A stretch of DNA of 64,000 bases from an uncultured Pelagibacteraceae bacterium (GTDB lineage: Bacteria > Pseudomonadota > Alphaproteobacteria > Pelagibacterales > AG-422-B15), in the NCBI GenBank assembly GCA_902544065.1, contig CACCAS010000004.1:64219-128218 (forward strand), given 5' to 3'. The position numbers were made by a program, and so were the translations under genes. Shown here in pieces: positions 1-9,637 of this stretch (positions are counted from its first letter, which is position 1; the number at the start of each line of letters is the position of its first letter). A model generated the notes under the pieces. The model was not told the origin of the DNA, ran no database searches, and worked only from the letters and a program-made list of their open reading frames with translations.

Positions 1-1257
1 TTGATTAGATCTCTTCCTGAAACATATATTATAAATAAAAATAAGGATATTTTATTTCAGGCATTTGAAAACAATATGCCTTTTTACGATCCTCCTTTGT
101 CTTCTTTTAATAGGGCTGATAGCGGAGAAATGACAATTATGTCTTCAACTCAATTAAATAAAGTTTATGCATTGATTAAACTAAATAATTTTGATGACTA
201 TTATTTATATGCTGGAAGATCAATGGATGGTAATGTAATTAGTGCATTAAACGAAACAGTTTCAGCAAAAAATCAATATATATTTTTAGAAACAAGCAGA
301 GATAAGATAAGTCTCGTATTTATATTACTTTATGTAATAGTATCTTTAATTTTGATTTTAATTTCTATTATTATAGGAATAAATTTTGCAGACAGAATTG
401 TAAAGCCTATATCAAGTATCATAACTGCCACAAACAATATAAGTAAAGGGCTGTACGATGATAAAATAAAAAAAAATAATGACTATATAGAGTTAAATAG
501 ACTCGCAGACTCATTTAATCAAATGAGTGGGGATATAATCAAGCAACGAAATCAAATTATTGTTTCTAAAAAACATGAAACATGGTCAGATATTGCAAGA
601 AGAATAGCTCACGAAATTAAGAATCCATTAACTCCAATTCAATTATCCGCAGAACGTCTTGAAAAGAAAACTATGAGATTAAAGATCAAAAACAATGAAA
701 TAAACGAGTGCATTGAAACAATACGCCGTCAGGTTAATGAGATAGGATACTTGGTTGATGAGTTCTCTAGTTTTGCTAGATTGCCAAACCCAGATTTAAA
801 AAATAATAATATATCTAATATAATATCTGAAGTTGTATCTGATTACGAAAATAACAATAAAAATATTAAGTTCATAAACAAACTTCATTCTGATCAAATT
901 CATTTGAATATAGATAATTCACAAATATCAAGAGTCTTTCAAAACTTAATTGTTAATTCAATTCATTCAATTGATGAAAGTAAAAAAAATGAAGGTGAAA
1001 TAATATATTTGTCGAACGAGACTGATAATAATGTTGTAATATCATTAATAGATAATGGTGTTGGACTAAAATATGAAAAGGAAGATCTTATAAAGCCTTA
1101 TTTTACAACTAAAAAGAAGATTGGCGGTTCAGGTCTTGGTTTGGCAATTGTAGAAAAAATATTATTTGATCATCATGCCGATTTTATTCTAGCAAATAGA
1201 AATGATGGCGTAATAGGTGCTGAAGTCAATATTACTTTTGAAAAGATTGCAACATGA
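1..1257 (+). CDS. ntrY: Two-component sensor histidine kinase NtrY, C-terminal 418 aa (5' end lies upstream of window)
   Basis: TM segment plus HAMP-like linker, H-box HEIKNPLTPIQLSAERL, G-box GGSGLGLAIVEKI; ATGA overlap with ntrX; conserved alphaproteobacterial ntrYX-trkA order. Confidence 0.85.
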   Translation: MIRSLPETYIINKNKDILFQAFENNMPFYDPPLSSFNRADSGEMTIMSSTQLNKVYALIKLNNFDDYYLYAGRSMDGNVISALNETVSAKNQYIFLETSRDKISLVFILLYVIVSLILILISIIIGINFADRIVKPISSIITATNNISKGLYDDKIKKNNDYIELNRLADSFNQMSGDIIKQRNQIIVSKKHETWSDIARRIAHEIKNPLTPIQLSAERLEKKTMRLKIKNNEINECIETIRRQVNEIGYLVDEFSSFARLPNPDLKNNNISNIISEVVSDYENNNKNIKFINKLHSDQIHLNIDNSQISRVFQNLIVNSIHSIDESKKNEGEIIYLSNETDNNVVISLIDNGVGLKYEKEDLIKPYFTTKKKIGGSGLGLAIVEKILFDHHADFILANRNDGVIGAEVNITFEKIAT

Positions 1258-2582
1258 GAAATATATTAGTTATTGATGATGAAGTTGATATTTGTAACAA
1301 TATTAAAGCTATTCTTGCTGATGAAGGATTTAACATACATATAGCACATAATTCAGATGATGCTTTTAGCTATATAAATGAGAATGCATATAACCTTATC
1401 ATATTAGATGTTTGGTTAGATAATTCCAAGTATGATGGTTTAGAAATTCTAAAAGAAATAAGAAAAAATGAAACTGTACCAATTATAGTAATATCAGGGC
1501 ATGGAAATATAGAAATGGCTGTTTCCGCGATAAAAGATGGAGCAAGTGAATTTATTGAAAAACCTTTCAACACTGAAAGATTACTACTTTCAGTTAACAG
1601 AACCATAGAACTTCATGAAGTAAAATATGAGAATAGGATCTTAAAAGAAGGAAGTATTTTTGATTATAAATTTATTGGTAAGTCTTCAGCCATTATAAAA
1701 ATTAAACAACAAATTACAAAAGTTGCGCCTACTTTAAGTCGAGTTATGATTTATGGAGAGTCTGGAACAGGAAAAGATATAATAGCAAAAGAAATACATA
1801 AATATTCAACAAATAAAAATGGTCCATTCATAATCTTAAATGCTGCCTTAATGGACCCTGATAATTTAGAAAGTGAACTCTTTGGAATACAGGGAAATAA
1901 TATAAATAAGATCGGCCATCTAGAAAAAGCTGAGAACGGGACGTTATTCATTGATGAAGTTGGAGAGATGCCTCTCCAAACTCAAGCTAAAATATTAAGA
2001 GTACTCACCGATAAAAACTTTACGAAAAGAGGGGACAATAAATTAATAAAATTGAATTGTAGAATTGTATGCTCTTCCACTAAAAACCTAGAACAATTAA
2101 CCAATGAAGGCTCTTTTAGAAAAGATTTGTTTCATAGACTGAATGTTGTAACTATAAAATTACCGACCTTAAATGAGAGATCTGATGATATCGACTCATT
2201 AATAGATTATTACACTGAAATGTTTTCTAAGGAAAATAATCAAAAATATACAGATCTTAAGCCAATAATTAAAACAAAGTATATTAACTATAACTGGCCT
2301 GGCAACATAAGAGAATTAAGAAACGTTATTGAAAGATATTCGATTTTAGGAGAAAAATATGACGATAATATTGCAACTGAAAAAATAGAAGATTTTCAGA
2401 ATAAAAATGTAATTTCTTTGCCCTTGAGAAATGCACGTAAGCTTTTTGAAAAGAATTATCTTCAATCTCAAATTAATAGATTTGATGGAAATATATCAAA
2501 AACTGCAGCATTTATAGGAATGGAAAGATCTGCGTTACATAGAAAATTAAAGCAATTGGGGATTACAGAAGAGGATAAATAA
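1254..2582 (+). CDS. ntrX: Response regulator NtrX (REC + AAA+ + Fis-type HTH)
   Basis: N-terminal receiver (ILVIDDE, LIILDVWL), Walker A GESGTGKD, C-terminal HTH (ISKTAAFIGMERSALHRKLKQLG); no GAFTGA loop, as in NtrX. Confidence 0.85.
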   Translation: MRNILVIDDEVDICNNIKAILADEGFNIHIAHNSDDAFSYINENAYNLIILDVWLDNSKYDGLEILKEIRKNETVPIIVISGHGNIEMAVSAIKDGASEFIEKPFNTERLLLSVNRTIELHEVKYENRILKEGSIFDYKFIGKSSAIIKIKQQITKVAPTLSRVMIYGESGTGKDIIAKEIHKYSTNKNGPFIILNAALMDPDNLESELFGIQGNNINKIGHLEKAENGTLFIDEVGEMPLQTQAKILRVLTDKNFTKRGDNKLIKLNCRIVCSSTKNLEQLTNEGSFRKDLFHRLNVVTIKLPTLNERSDDIDSLIDYYTEMFSKENNQKYTDLKPIIKTKYINYNWPGNIRELRNVIERYSILGEKYDDNIATEKIEDFQNKNVISLPLRNARKLFEKNYLQSQINRFDGNISKTAAFIGMERSALHRKLKQLGITEEDK

Positions 2583-3973
2583 TGAAGATAATTATATGTG
2601 GCGCAGGAAAAGTTGGAACGAGTATAGCAAAACATCTTGTTGATCAAGGCAGCGATGTTACAGTAATAGATAGTTCGCATAAACTCATTGATGATCTAAG
2701 AGAGAAAGTTGATCTCAAGACAATTATTGGATCAGCATCAAATCCATCAGTATTAAAAAATGCAGGTGCTGAGGTCTCTGATATGATTATAGCCGTTACG
2801 TTGCAAGACGAAATAAATATGGTTGCATGCCAAATGGCACATACTTTTTTTAAAATCCCTAGAAAAATTGCGCGCTTAAGAACAGAAGACTTTTTGAATC
2901 CTATTTGGCGAGATCTTTATAATGCTGATAATATGCCCATTGATCTCATAATAAGTCCAGAACTAGAAGTTGCAAGGTCTATAGAGAGGCAATTAAAGGC
3001 GCCAGGGGCTTATGATGTTGTCCCTTTTTTAAATGATGAAATTGAGCTTCTAAGTTTGGTAATTAACGACAAGTGCCCTTTAGTTGATACGAGTCTAATA
3101 AATATACATGAACTTTTTCAAGAAAATACGGATATTGAAAAAAACCTTAGAGCTTCAATATTAGGAATTAGTAGAAATGAAAAACTCTTCATACCGAAAA
3201 AGCAAGAAATATTAATACAAGGAGATCATGTTTACATATTAGTAGATAAAAATCATGTGAAAAGAGCAATGAGTGCATTTGGATATGATGAAAAGCCAAT
3301 TAAAAAAATAATAATTATTGGAGGCGGAAATATTGGATTTAATTTAGCAAAAGATTTAGAAAAATATCAGTCTGATATATCTGTCAGTATAATCGAGAAT
3401 AATGAAGATAGGTCAAAGTATATTGCTGATCAGCTATCCAATACATTAATTTTAAATGGCGATGGTTTAGATCAAGACTTGCTAGATGAGGCTAATATTA
3501 AAGATGCAGACTTATTACTAGCACTCACAAATGATGATGAAACAAATATTATTATTTCTGCAGTTGCTAGAAAAAATAATTGCGAGTCCATAATTATTGT
3601 TAATAATTCTGAATATAACAAACTAAAAGATGTCTTGGGGATTAGTAAAGTTGTTGATCCAAGAAAAATTACTGTGTCGAAAATACTGAAACATATACAT
3701 AAAGGGAAGATTGAGTCTGTATTTTCGATCGATAATAATCAGGCAGAAATTATTCATGCGAAAGTGCTAAAGAGTTCTAAACTGATAAATAAGTCTATTG
3801 AAGACGCTGAACTCCCTGATGGTTTAAGAATTGGTTTAATAAAAAAACAAGATAAGATAATTATACCCGAAAAAGATACTAAAATTGATCTGAATGATGA
3901 AATATTATTTTTGTGTATGTCTGAAGATATTAAAAAAGCTGAAGAGTTATTTCAAGTTAGAAATGAGTATTAA
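2582..3973 (+). CDS. trkA: Trk potassium uptake system NAD-binding protein TrkA
   Basis: Two tandem Rossmann TrkA-N motifs (GAGKVG, GGGNIG), each followed by a TrkA-C-like region; TAATG overlap with ntrX. Confidence 0.9.
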   Translation: MKIIICGAGKVGTSIAKHLVDQGSDVTVIDSSHKLIDDLREKVDLKTIIGSASNPSVLKNAGAEVSDMIIAVTLQDEINMVACQMAHTFFKIPRKIARLRTEDFLNPIWRDLYNADNMPIDLIISPELEVARSIERQLKAPGAYDVVPFLNDEIELLSLVINDKCPLVDTSLINIHELFQENTDIEKNLRASILGISRNEKLFIPKKQEILIQGDHVYILVDKNHVKRAMSAFGYDEKPIKKIIIIGGGNIGFNLAKDLEKYQSDISVSIIENNEDRSKYIADQLSNTLILNGDGLDQDLLDEANIKDADLLLALTNDDETNIIISAVARKNNCESIIIVNNSEYNKLKDVLGISKVVDPRKITVSKILKHIHKGKIESVFSIDNNQAEIIHAKVLKSSKLINKSIEDAELPDGLRIGLIKKQDKIIIPEKDTKIDLNDEILFLCMSEDIKKAEELFQVRNEY

Positions 3974-4824
3974 TGAGTAGAGAGGCTTTCGTTAATGGAG
4001 AATATACTGCATATAAGAAATCCTATATTCATATTGAAGATAGAGGGTATCAATTTGCAGATGGTGTATACGAAGTATTTGCCATATTAGATAGTAAAAT
4101 TGTAGATTATGAGGGGCATATTGAAAGATTATATAGATCTCTTAACGAACTAAGAATTACTTCACCAATTCAAAAGAAATCTTACAAATTTCATATTAAA
4201 GAAATTATTAGACGAAATATAATTAAAGATGGTCTAGTGTACCTGCAAGTTACACGTGGGGTTGCCAATAGAGACTTTAAATTTCCCAAAAATACAAAAA
4301 GCTCAATTGTTATTATAGGCAGAGGTATACCGTCAAATTATTATAATGATAATTTTAATAAAGGTATAAATATAAAGACAACTAAAGATTTAAGATGGAA
4401 AAGAGTTGATATTAAATCTTTAAATTTACTTCCACCAGTTTTAGCTAAGCAATATGCAATTGATAATGATTGTGAAGAGGCATGGCTTTTAGATGAGGAT
4501 GGCTATATTACTGAGGGAAGCTCAAGCAATGCTTGGATCGTAAAAAATAAAAAAGTAATTACCAGACCTGTTTCCAATTCGATACTTAATGGCATAACAC
4601 GCTCTTCACTTATTAAATCTCTAATGAAGGTAGGATACCAGTTTTCTGAAAGAAGATTCAATTTAAAAGACATCAAAAATGCAGATGAAGCATTTATCAC
4701 AAGCGCAACCCAGTTTGTTATGCCTGTAATTACAGTCAATAATACCAAAATTGGTAATGGTGATGTAGGCAAATTTGCAAGATTATTTAAAGAAATTTAT
4801 TTTAATTCTATAAGCCTATCTTGA
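3973..4824 (+). CDS. dat: Class IV (fold-type IV) PLP aminotransferase, D-amino-acid/branched-chain type
   Basis: EDRGYQFADGVYE N-terminal motif, length 283 aa, position between trkA and hflX as in other alphaproteobacteria. Confidence 0.7.
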   Translation: MSREAFVNGEYTAYKKSYIHIEDRGYQFADGVYEVFAILDSKIVDYEGHIERLYRSLNELRITSPIQKKSYKFHIKEIIRRNIIKDGLVYLQVTRGVANRDFKFPKNTKSSIVIIGRGIPSNYYNDNFNKGINIKTTKDLRWKRVDIKSLNLLPPVLAKQYAIDNDCEEAWLLDEDGYITEGSSSNAWIVKNKKVITRPVSNSILNGITRSSLIKSLMKVGYQFSERRFNLKDIKNADEAFITSATQFVMPVITVNNTKIGNGDVGKFARLFKEIYFNSISLS

Positions 4825-5894
4825 ATAAAACTATCTCCCATATTGTTCATTTAAATATAGATGCCGATCCAAAATTTATTTCAGAAGAAATGTTATCTGA
4901 AATCGAGAATTTAGTTGTTAATCTAGACATAATTATTAAGAAAAAAGAAATAATAACTATAAATAAAATAAATTCATCAACATTAATTGGAGAAGGAAAT
5001 CTAATTAAAATTGATAATGATATCAAGAAAAAAAATATAAATTTATTAGTTGTTAATAACAACCTTACACCTGCTCAACAAAAGAATTTAGAAAATAGAC
5101 TCAAAATAAAAGTAACTGACAGAACAGGTATTATATTAGAGGTGTTTGCTAAAAGAGCAAAATCGAATGAGGGCAAAATGCAAGTGCAACTCGCTGAATT
5201 AATTTATAGAAAATCAAGACTTGTGAGAGCTTGGACACATTTAGAACGACAAAGAGGTGGCACAACTTTCATAGGAGGTCCAGGGGAACTTCAAATTGAA
5301 TTAGATCGACGATTAATACAAGAAAAAATTCTAAGTATCAAAAAAAGACTTAGTAGAGTAAAGCAAAGAAGATATGTTCAGAGGAATTTAAGGAAAAACA
5401 ATAATTTTAAAACAGCTGCTTTAATTGGATATACAAATGCCGGTAAGACATTGCTTTTTAATAAACTAACTAAAAAAAAACAATCAAGTAGGTCAAGATT
5501 GTTTGAAACGTTAGACACTAAAATTAGCAGGGTATATTTAGGAGAAAATACTTACATAGGACTTATAGATACTGTAGGTTTTATAAATAACATTCCAACG
5601 TCACTAATTGAGTCATTCCAGGCAACACTAGAGGAAGTTAATAAGGCTGATATATTACTTAATATTGTTGATATAAATGATTTAAATGCAAAGCAGAAAA
5701 TTAGAGTAACAAAAAACATACTCAAAGATACAGGGGTAGAGAAAAATAAAATATCAGAGATGATAACTATTTATAATAAAATTGACCTAAAGGGATTTAA
5801 AAGCTCACATCAGTATAAGAAAAATTATATTAGCGCGTTAACAGGTGAGGGTGTTTCTGAATTGAAGAGGACCTTAAAGAACTTTCTTATTTAA
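4821..5894 (+). CDS. hflX: GTPase HflX
   Basis: HflX N-domain (GKMQVQLAELIYRKSRL, GGPGELQIELDRR), G1 GYTNAGKT, G3 DTVGF, G4 NKID; TTG start in TTGA overlap with dat. Confidence 0.9.
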   Translation: MNKTISHIVHLNIDADPKFISEEMLSEIENLVVNLDIIIKKKEIITINKINSSTLIGEGNLIKIDNDIKKKNINLLVVNNNLTPAQQKNLENRLKIKVTDRTGIILEVFAKRAKSNEGKMQVQLAELIYRKSRLVRAWTHLERQRGGTTFIGGPGELQIELDRRLIQEKILSIKKRLSRVKQRRYVQRNLRKNNNFKTAALIGYTNAGKTLLFNKLTKKKQSSRSRLFETLDTKISRVYLGENTYIGLIDTVGFINNIPTSLIESFQATLEEVNKADILLNIVDINDLNAKQKIRVTKNILKDTGVEKNKISEMITIYNKIDLKGFKSSHQYKKNYISALTGEGVSELKRTLKNFLI

Positions 5895-6630
5895 CTTCAT
5901 TAATAAATAAAGTGATAGCTCCGCTGTTTGCTTCGTAACCATAAAAATCTTTTTTATCATTATTATTATATATTACTTTGATAGAATCAGAAGATGCAAA
6001 AACATCTTCATCTTCGTTAATTTTATAACCACCCAGCTTTATTTGATTTGCTTCACAATGTATGAGATTATCTGAAATAGTTTTGTCATTTTTTTTAAAT
6101 GTAACATCATATCTACGTTTGCCATCAAAAACTCTAAAAGTTTTTTCACAATTATTAATATTTTCGTAGTTCAATATATTTAAAAAAAAGCTAGAAGGAT
6201 CAATTGTATTAATAAGCATGCCATCTTCAATTTTAGTTAATTTGCTTTTATCGGGCTCTGGAATTAAAGTTAGTTCGGAGATATTTGAGTCATTGTATTT
6301 TATCTCAACAAATTTTTCTTTTTCTTTTCTTATATACCGATATTTATAATGAAGCGGCTTATAAAATCTGTCTATGACACCTGAAATACTTCCGTCACCA
6401 TTAACTTTATTAATAAAATCAACAATATTATTTGTTCTAATACTAAAGTTATACTCATAACTATTATCTTCGATCTTGAGAACTGTATCTATACTCATAA
6501 CAGGTATTTTAGGGAGAATTGATAATTTAGCCTCAACAACAAAATTTCTTTCTTCAATAAATGGATCTGCTAGAGTAGTAGCTGATGTAAATAATGAAAA
6601 AATAATAAATATATACCTAGTTAATAGCAT
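5887..6630 (-). CDS. Secreted hypothetical protein (DUF3108-like)
   Basis: N-terminal signal peptide MLLTRYIFIIFSLFTSATTLA; beta-rich repeat-poor sequence; family assignment is from memory only. Confidence 0.5.
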   Translation of the reverse strand: MLLTRYIFIIFSLFTSATTLADPFIEERNFVVEAKLSILPKIPVMSIDTVLKIEDNSYEYNFSIRTNNIVDFINKVNGDGSISGVIDRFYKPLHYKYRYIRKEKEKFVEIKYNDSNISELTLIPEPDKSKLTKIEDGMLINTIDPSSFFLNILNYENINNCEKTFRVFDGKRRYDVTFKKNDKTISDNLIHCEANQIKLGGYKINEDEDVFASSDSIKVIYNNNDKKDFYGYEANSGAITLFINEVK

Positions 6631-6634
6631 TAAA

Positions 6635-7690
6635 ATGAAAATACTTCATATATCAAATTTTGTCCAAAAACAAAAAGGAAGATTACAGTGGAATCATTGT
6701 TTTAAAATAAACAATGGCTTCATTAGAAATGGTCATAACGTATGCACATTTAGTGATAGAGACATGAGTCGGATGAATTTATTAAATAAATTGAATAATA
6801 ACAAAAACTTAAATAAATACTTAATAGAAACATTCAAAAATTTTTTCCCAGACTTGGTGGTTTTAGGACACGCAGATAAAATCCATCACGAAACACTAAA
6901 TGAGTTTAGATCCATTAATAAAAATATAAAAATTATAGAATGGAATGTTGATAATTACTTTTTAGACAACACTGAACAAAAGTTAAAATCAAGATCACAT
7001 CTTATCGACGCTTATTTTATAACTAATGCTGATGAAGCTATTAGATCTTGTTTAAATGAAAATAATTCAATTTCTTTTTTCCCAAACATATTTGATAAAT
7101 CAATTGAAAATTTAAGAATTTACGAAAACCATTCATACGATTATGATGTATTTTATGCTTTGAGTTATGGGGTAGGTACAGGAAAAATTAGATATAGTAA
7201 ATCAGATTATCAAAGAGAGATTTTTCTTGATCACATAACTAAAAATTACCCCAAAATAAAAACAAATTTTTATGGCTATCTAGGAAAACAACCGGTATGG
7301 GGAAATGAATTTGAAAAAGAATTAAATAAATCTCCAATCAGCCTGAACTTAAGTAGAAAGCCATACTTAAAATTTTACAGCTCTGACCGAATATCTCAAT
7401 ACCTAGGAAATGGTTCATGTATTTTTATTGATATAAATTCAAAACTGGATGAATTATTTACAAATGAAGAAGTAATTTTTTTCGATTCAAACGATGTTAC
7501 AAGTCTTGGGAAAAAATTACATGACGCATTAGAAAATATTGATAATGTAAGATCAATTGCTAAAAAAGGCTGGGAAAGGGGTCACAAATACTATAATGAA
7601 ATAATAATAACAAATTATTTTATAGATATTGCTTTTAACGGAAAAGCTACACAAGAATATAGTTGGCCTCTTCATACTTTTAAAAAATAA
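6635..7690 (+). CDS. Glycosyltransferase-like protein (CgeB/Glyco_trans_1_2-like C-terminus)
   Basis: Start moved to ATG 6635 (MKILHISNF); the longer ORF from 6476 would overlap the divergent gene. C-terminal region resembles GT1-type domain. Confidence 0.5.
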   Translation: MKILHISNFVQKQKGRLQWNHCFKINNGFIRNGHNVCTFSDRDMSRMNLLNKLNNNKNLNKYLIETFKNFFPDLVVLGHADKIHHETLNEFRSINKNIKIIEWNVDNYFLDNTEQKLKSRSHLIDAYFITNADEAIRSCLNENNSISFFPNIFDKSIENLRIYENHSYDYDVFYALSYGVGTGKIRYSKSDYQREIFLDHITKNYPKIKTNFYGYLGKQPVWGNEFEKELNKSPISLNLSRKPYLKFYSSDRISQYLGNGSCIFIDINSKLDELFTNEEVIFFDSNDVTSLGKKLHDALENIDNVRSIAKKGWERGHKYYNEIIITNYFIDIAFNGKATQEYSWPLHTFKK

Positions 7691-7729
7691 GCCTTCTAGT
7701 AAGGAATTAAAAGACTTATTTAATTTTGA

Positions 7730-8167
7730 TTATTTCTTTGGATACCAAACCTGGCCAAGAATAATTAATAACACGACAATCAAGAATAGTGTTGGAAGTG
7801 CACCGGGGTAGGAAGGCACATCACCACTACTTATCATAGTTCTCACATAATCAATGAAATTATCAGTCGTAGGAGACACTTCAAATCCTGCCGCTTTAAT
7901 TCTTTCAAAAGTTGCTGCTGTGTTTGTATAGGTAGCAGTACTTTCGGTATATGATATGAATGAAAATATTACTACAATAACACCAAAAGCTGATGAAACT
8001 ATTTTAGCAAATAGATTTGTTTCAGGTGAATTTCTTGTTGCGACCGCAATTCGCATTGCAAGCCATATTGCTAGTATTGAGCCTATACCAATCATTGCTC
8101 CTGAAATTCTACCAAGCGAAAATATATTCCAAACAGCCAATTGATATTCTAATGATCCAAATTCCAT
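7730..8167 (-). CDS. Hypothetical membrane protein (3-4 TM)
   Basis: Long ORF with hydrophobic segments, preceded by a 198-bp very AT-rich spacer; no recognisable family. Confidence 0.45.
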   Translation of the reverse strand: MEFGSLEYQLAVWNIFSLGRISGAMIGIGSILAIWLAMRIAVATRNSPETNLFAKIVSSAFGVIVVIFSFISYTESTATYTNTAATFERIKAAGFEVSPTTDNFIDYVRTMISSGDVPSYPGALPTLFLIVVLLIILGQVWYPKK

Positions 8168-8365
8168 TTTGTATCCTTTTCTTCAAATTAAAAGAATAAA
8201 GGGTAGATCATGTTGATATTAATAATATACTAATTATTCCTATTAATTTTATATTCGTATAATATATATTATGTTAAATTATAATTATTAAACAAATACA
8301 ATAACATAGTTATATTTATTAAATTAAAAAATTAATAAATATAAATTTATGGTTTTATATCAGTA

Positions 8366-9247
8366 CTATATTTTATATTTATAATGTAATTTATTAAGTA
8401 CATAAATATATAGATAATATATTCTTGCTAATAGATGAATAAATATCAGTTTAAATGTAATTTTTGGTTCAATTAATGGTCCAATATATTCAGAATCGCT
8501 TTTTAGATAATACTTTTTAAATAATTTAATAGTTATTTTCCACTTTAATAGAAAAAGCCTTCCACCTTTTCTTCCTGTTTCCGTCACAATTTTATCATTA
8601 TCTCTATAACCGCGAGTAACTATTGAGCCAAAATGATATACTCTGAATTTTGATATGCCTTTAAATATTCTTACATTTTGCTTCCATAGTTTCATGTTTA
8701 AGTCAGGATCAGATCCCGTCCCCGGATTAAATTCCTCACTCATCCCACCTACTTTATCCCAATATTCTCTATGTATTAAATGCGGTGCCCATGTAGAACC
8801 TTGAAAGTCATTGAATTGCGCATTGTCATATGTTTTTAAAAAAAGTTGCTTATCAAAAGTATCGTAAGTGTCACCACAATCATTGCTAATTTGCCCCTTA
8901 TGCAACATGGTTCCAGATAAGTAAAAAGCATTATGTCCTATTTTTTTTACCTCATTATATAGAATTTCATCCCATTTTGGACAGAAATAAAAGTCATCAT
9001 GAGCGTAAAGCAAGTAATCGAAAGAAGCCTTTTTTGCTGACAAATTTAAACCAGTACAAATTCCACTATTGTAATCAGTATAAGTATATTCAATATTATT
9101 TTTCCTAAGAAAATCTATTGTGCCATCTGAGCCAATATTGACATGCACTATTATCTGGTGATTGTAAATTGAATTTTCATTGATACTTTCAATTGCTAAC
9201 TTCAAATAGTTTAGATTATTGAATGAAGGGATGAGTATTGAAAACAC
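8366..9247 (-). CDS. Family 2 glycosyltransferase
   Basis: N-terminal FSILIPSFNNLNYLKLAIESI and acidic AHDD motif typical of GT2. Confidence 0.7.
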   Translation of the reverse strand: MFSILIPSFNNLNYLKLAIESINENSIYNHQIIVHVNIGSDGTIDFLRKNNIEYTYTDYNSGICTGLNLSAKKASFDYLLYAHDDFYFCPKWDEILYNEVKKIGHNAFYLSGTMLHKGQISNDCGDTYDTFDKQLFLKTYDNAQFNDFQGSTWAPHLIHREYWDKVGGMSEEFNPGTGSDPDLNMKLWKQNVRIFKGISKFRVYHFGSIVTRGYRDNDKIVTETGRKGGRLFLLKWKITIKLFKKYYLKSDSEYIGPLIEPKITFKLIFIHLLARIYYLYIYVLNKLHYKYKI

Positions 9248-9249
9248 AA

Positions 9250-9636
9250 CTAATAATTTTTATATAATTTTATTTCTTCTATTTCAGATCCAAGTAACTT
9301 ATTGATGTCTCTTTTGATAACTGCCCTTCTATCATTAAATATATAAACCTTTCTTGCTAGGCTAATAAAATTCTTATCAAATTTGTTTAATTTTTCACAT
9401 TTTCTTTTTTGATCTTCAATATACCAAAGTTTTTGATTTATTAATTTTAGAGAATTATACTTCTTTTTGATAACTACACTTAAGAGCTTTTTTTCCCTAA
9501 CAATTCTTCTTAATTTAGATAATTCATGTTTAATTATTTTAAGGTCATTTTTATTTTTAATTTTTTTTGTTTTAATATCTAAAATAGATATTTTATCAAA
9601 AAGTTCTCCGACTGATACTGGCACATTTATTAACAT
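9250..9636 (-). CDS. Hypothetical coiled-coil protein (DUF6165-like)
   Basis: 128-aa ORF, 2 nt upstream of the GT2 gene; VSVGELFDKISILDIK N-terminus; family call from memory. Confidence 0.45.
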   Translation of the reverse strand: MLINVPVSVGELFDKISILDIKTKKIKNKNDLKIIKHELSKLRRIVREKKLLSVVIKKKYNSLKLINQKLWYIEDQKRKCEKLNKFDKNFISLARKVYIFNDRRAVIKRDINKLLGSEIEEIKLYKNY

Positions 9637-9637
9637 A

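Noticed and set aside
1370-1606. Antisense ORFs inside well-supported genes. Track entries: 1370..1606, 1751..1951, 2468..2680, 4503..4772, 4847..5062, 17114..17347, 17771..18034, 18706..19167, 20614..21111, 22677..22877, 23397..23762, 24235..24420, 25401..25589, 26432..26674, 31153..31422, 32522..32836, 33883..34263, 37597..37788, 38055..38300, 39398..39643, 39773..39964, 40902..41084, 41468..41731, 43604..43867, 45088..45285, 47888..48154, 49270..49461, 56918..57187, 58949..59218, 60583..60777, 61724..61915
   Set aside because: Each lies fully or largely within a longer ORF on the other strand that has clear family motifs. Their translations are low-complexity with no recognisable motifs. 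They are typical shadow ORFs.
1254-2582. Absence of the GAFTGA sigma-54 contact loop in the AAA+ domain of the NtrX-like regulator
   Set aside because: This is the known state of NtrX proteins and not an anomaly of this sequence.
6476-6634. N-terminal extensions of track ORFs: 6476 for the GT-like gene, 41463 for phnC, 44201 for phnE2, 50606 for phnJ, and 35893-36048 of the 78-aa minus ORF
   Set aside because: The extensions overlap neighbouring genes and lack homology-like sequence. Internal ATGs at 6635, 41487, 44231 and 50657 give canonical N-termini and typical ATGA/short-overlap junctions.
7629-8199. Track ORFs 7629..7811, 7956..8144 and 8017..8199 (+)
   Set aside because: They overlap the end of the glycosyltransferase-like gene or lie antisense to the 7730..8167 membrane-protein ORF. 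They are short, have no motifs, and are less plausible than the longer hydrophobic minus-strand ORF.
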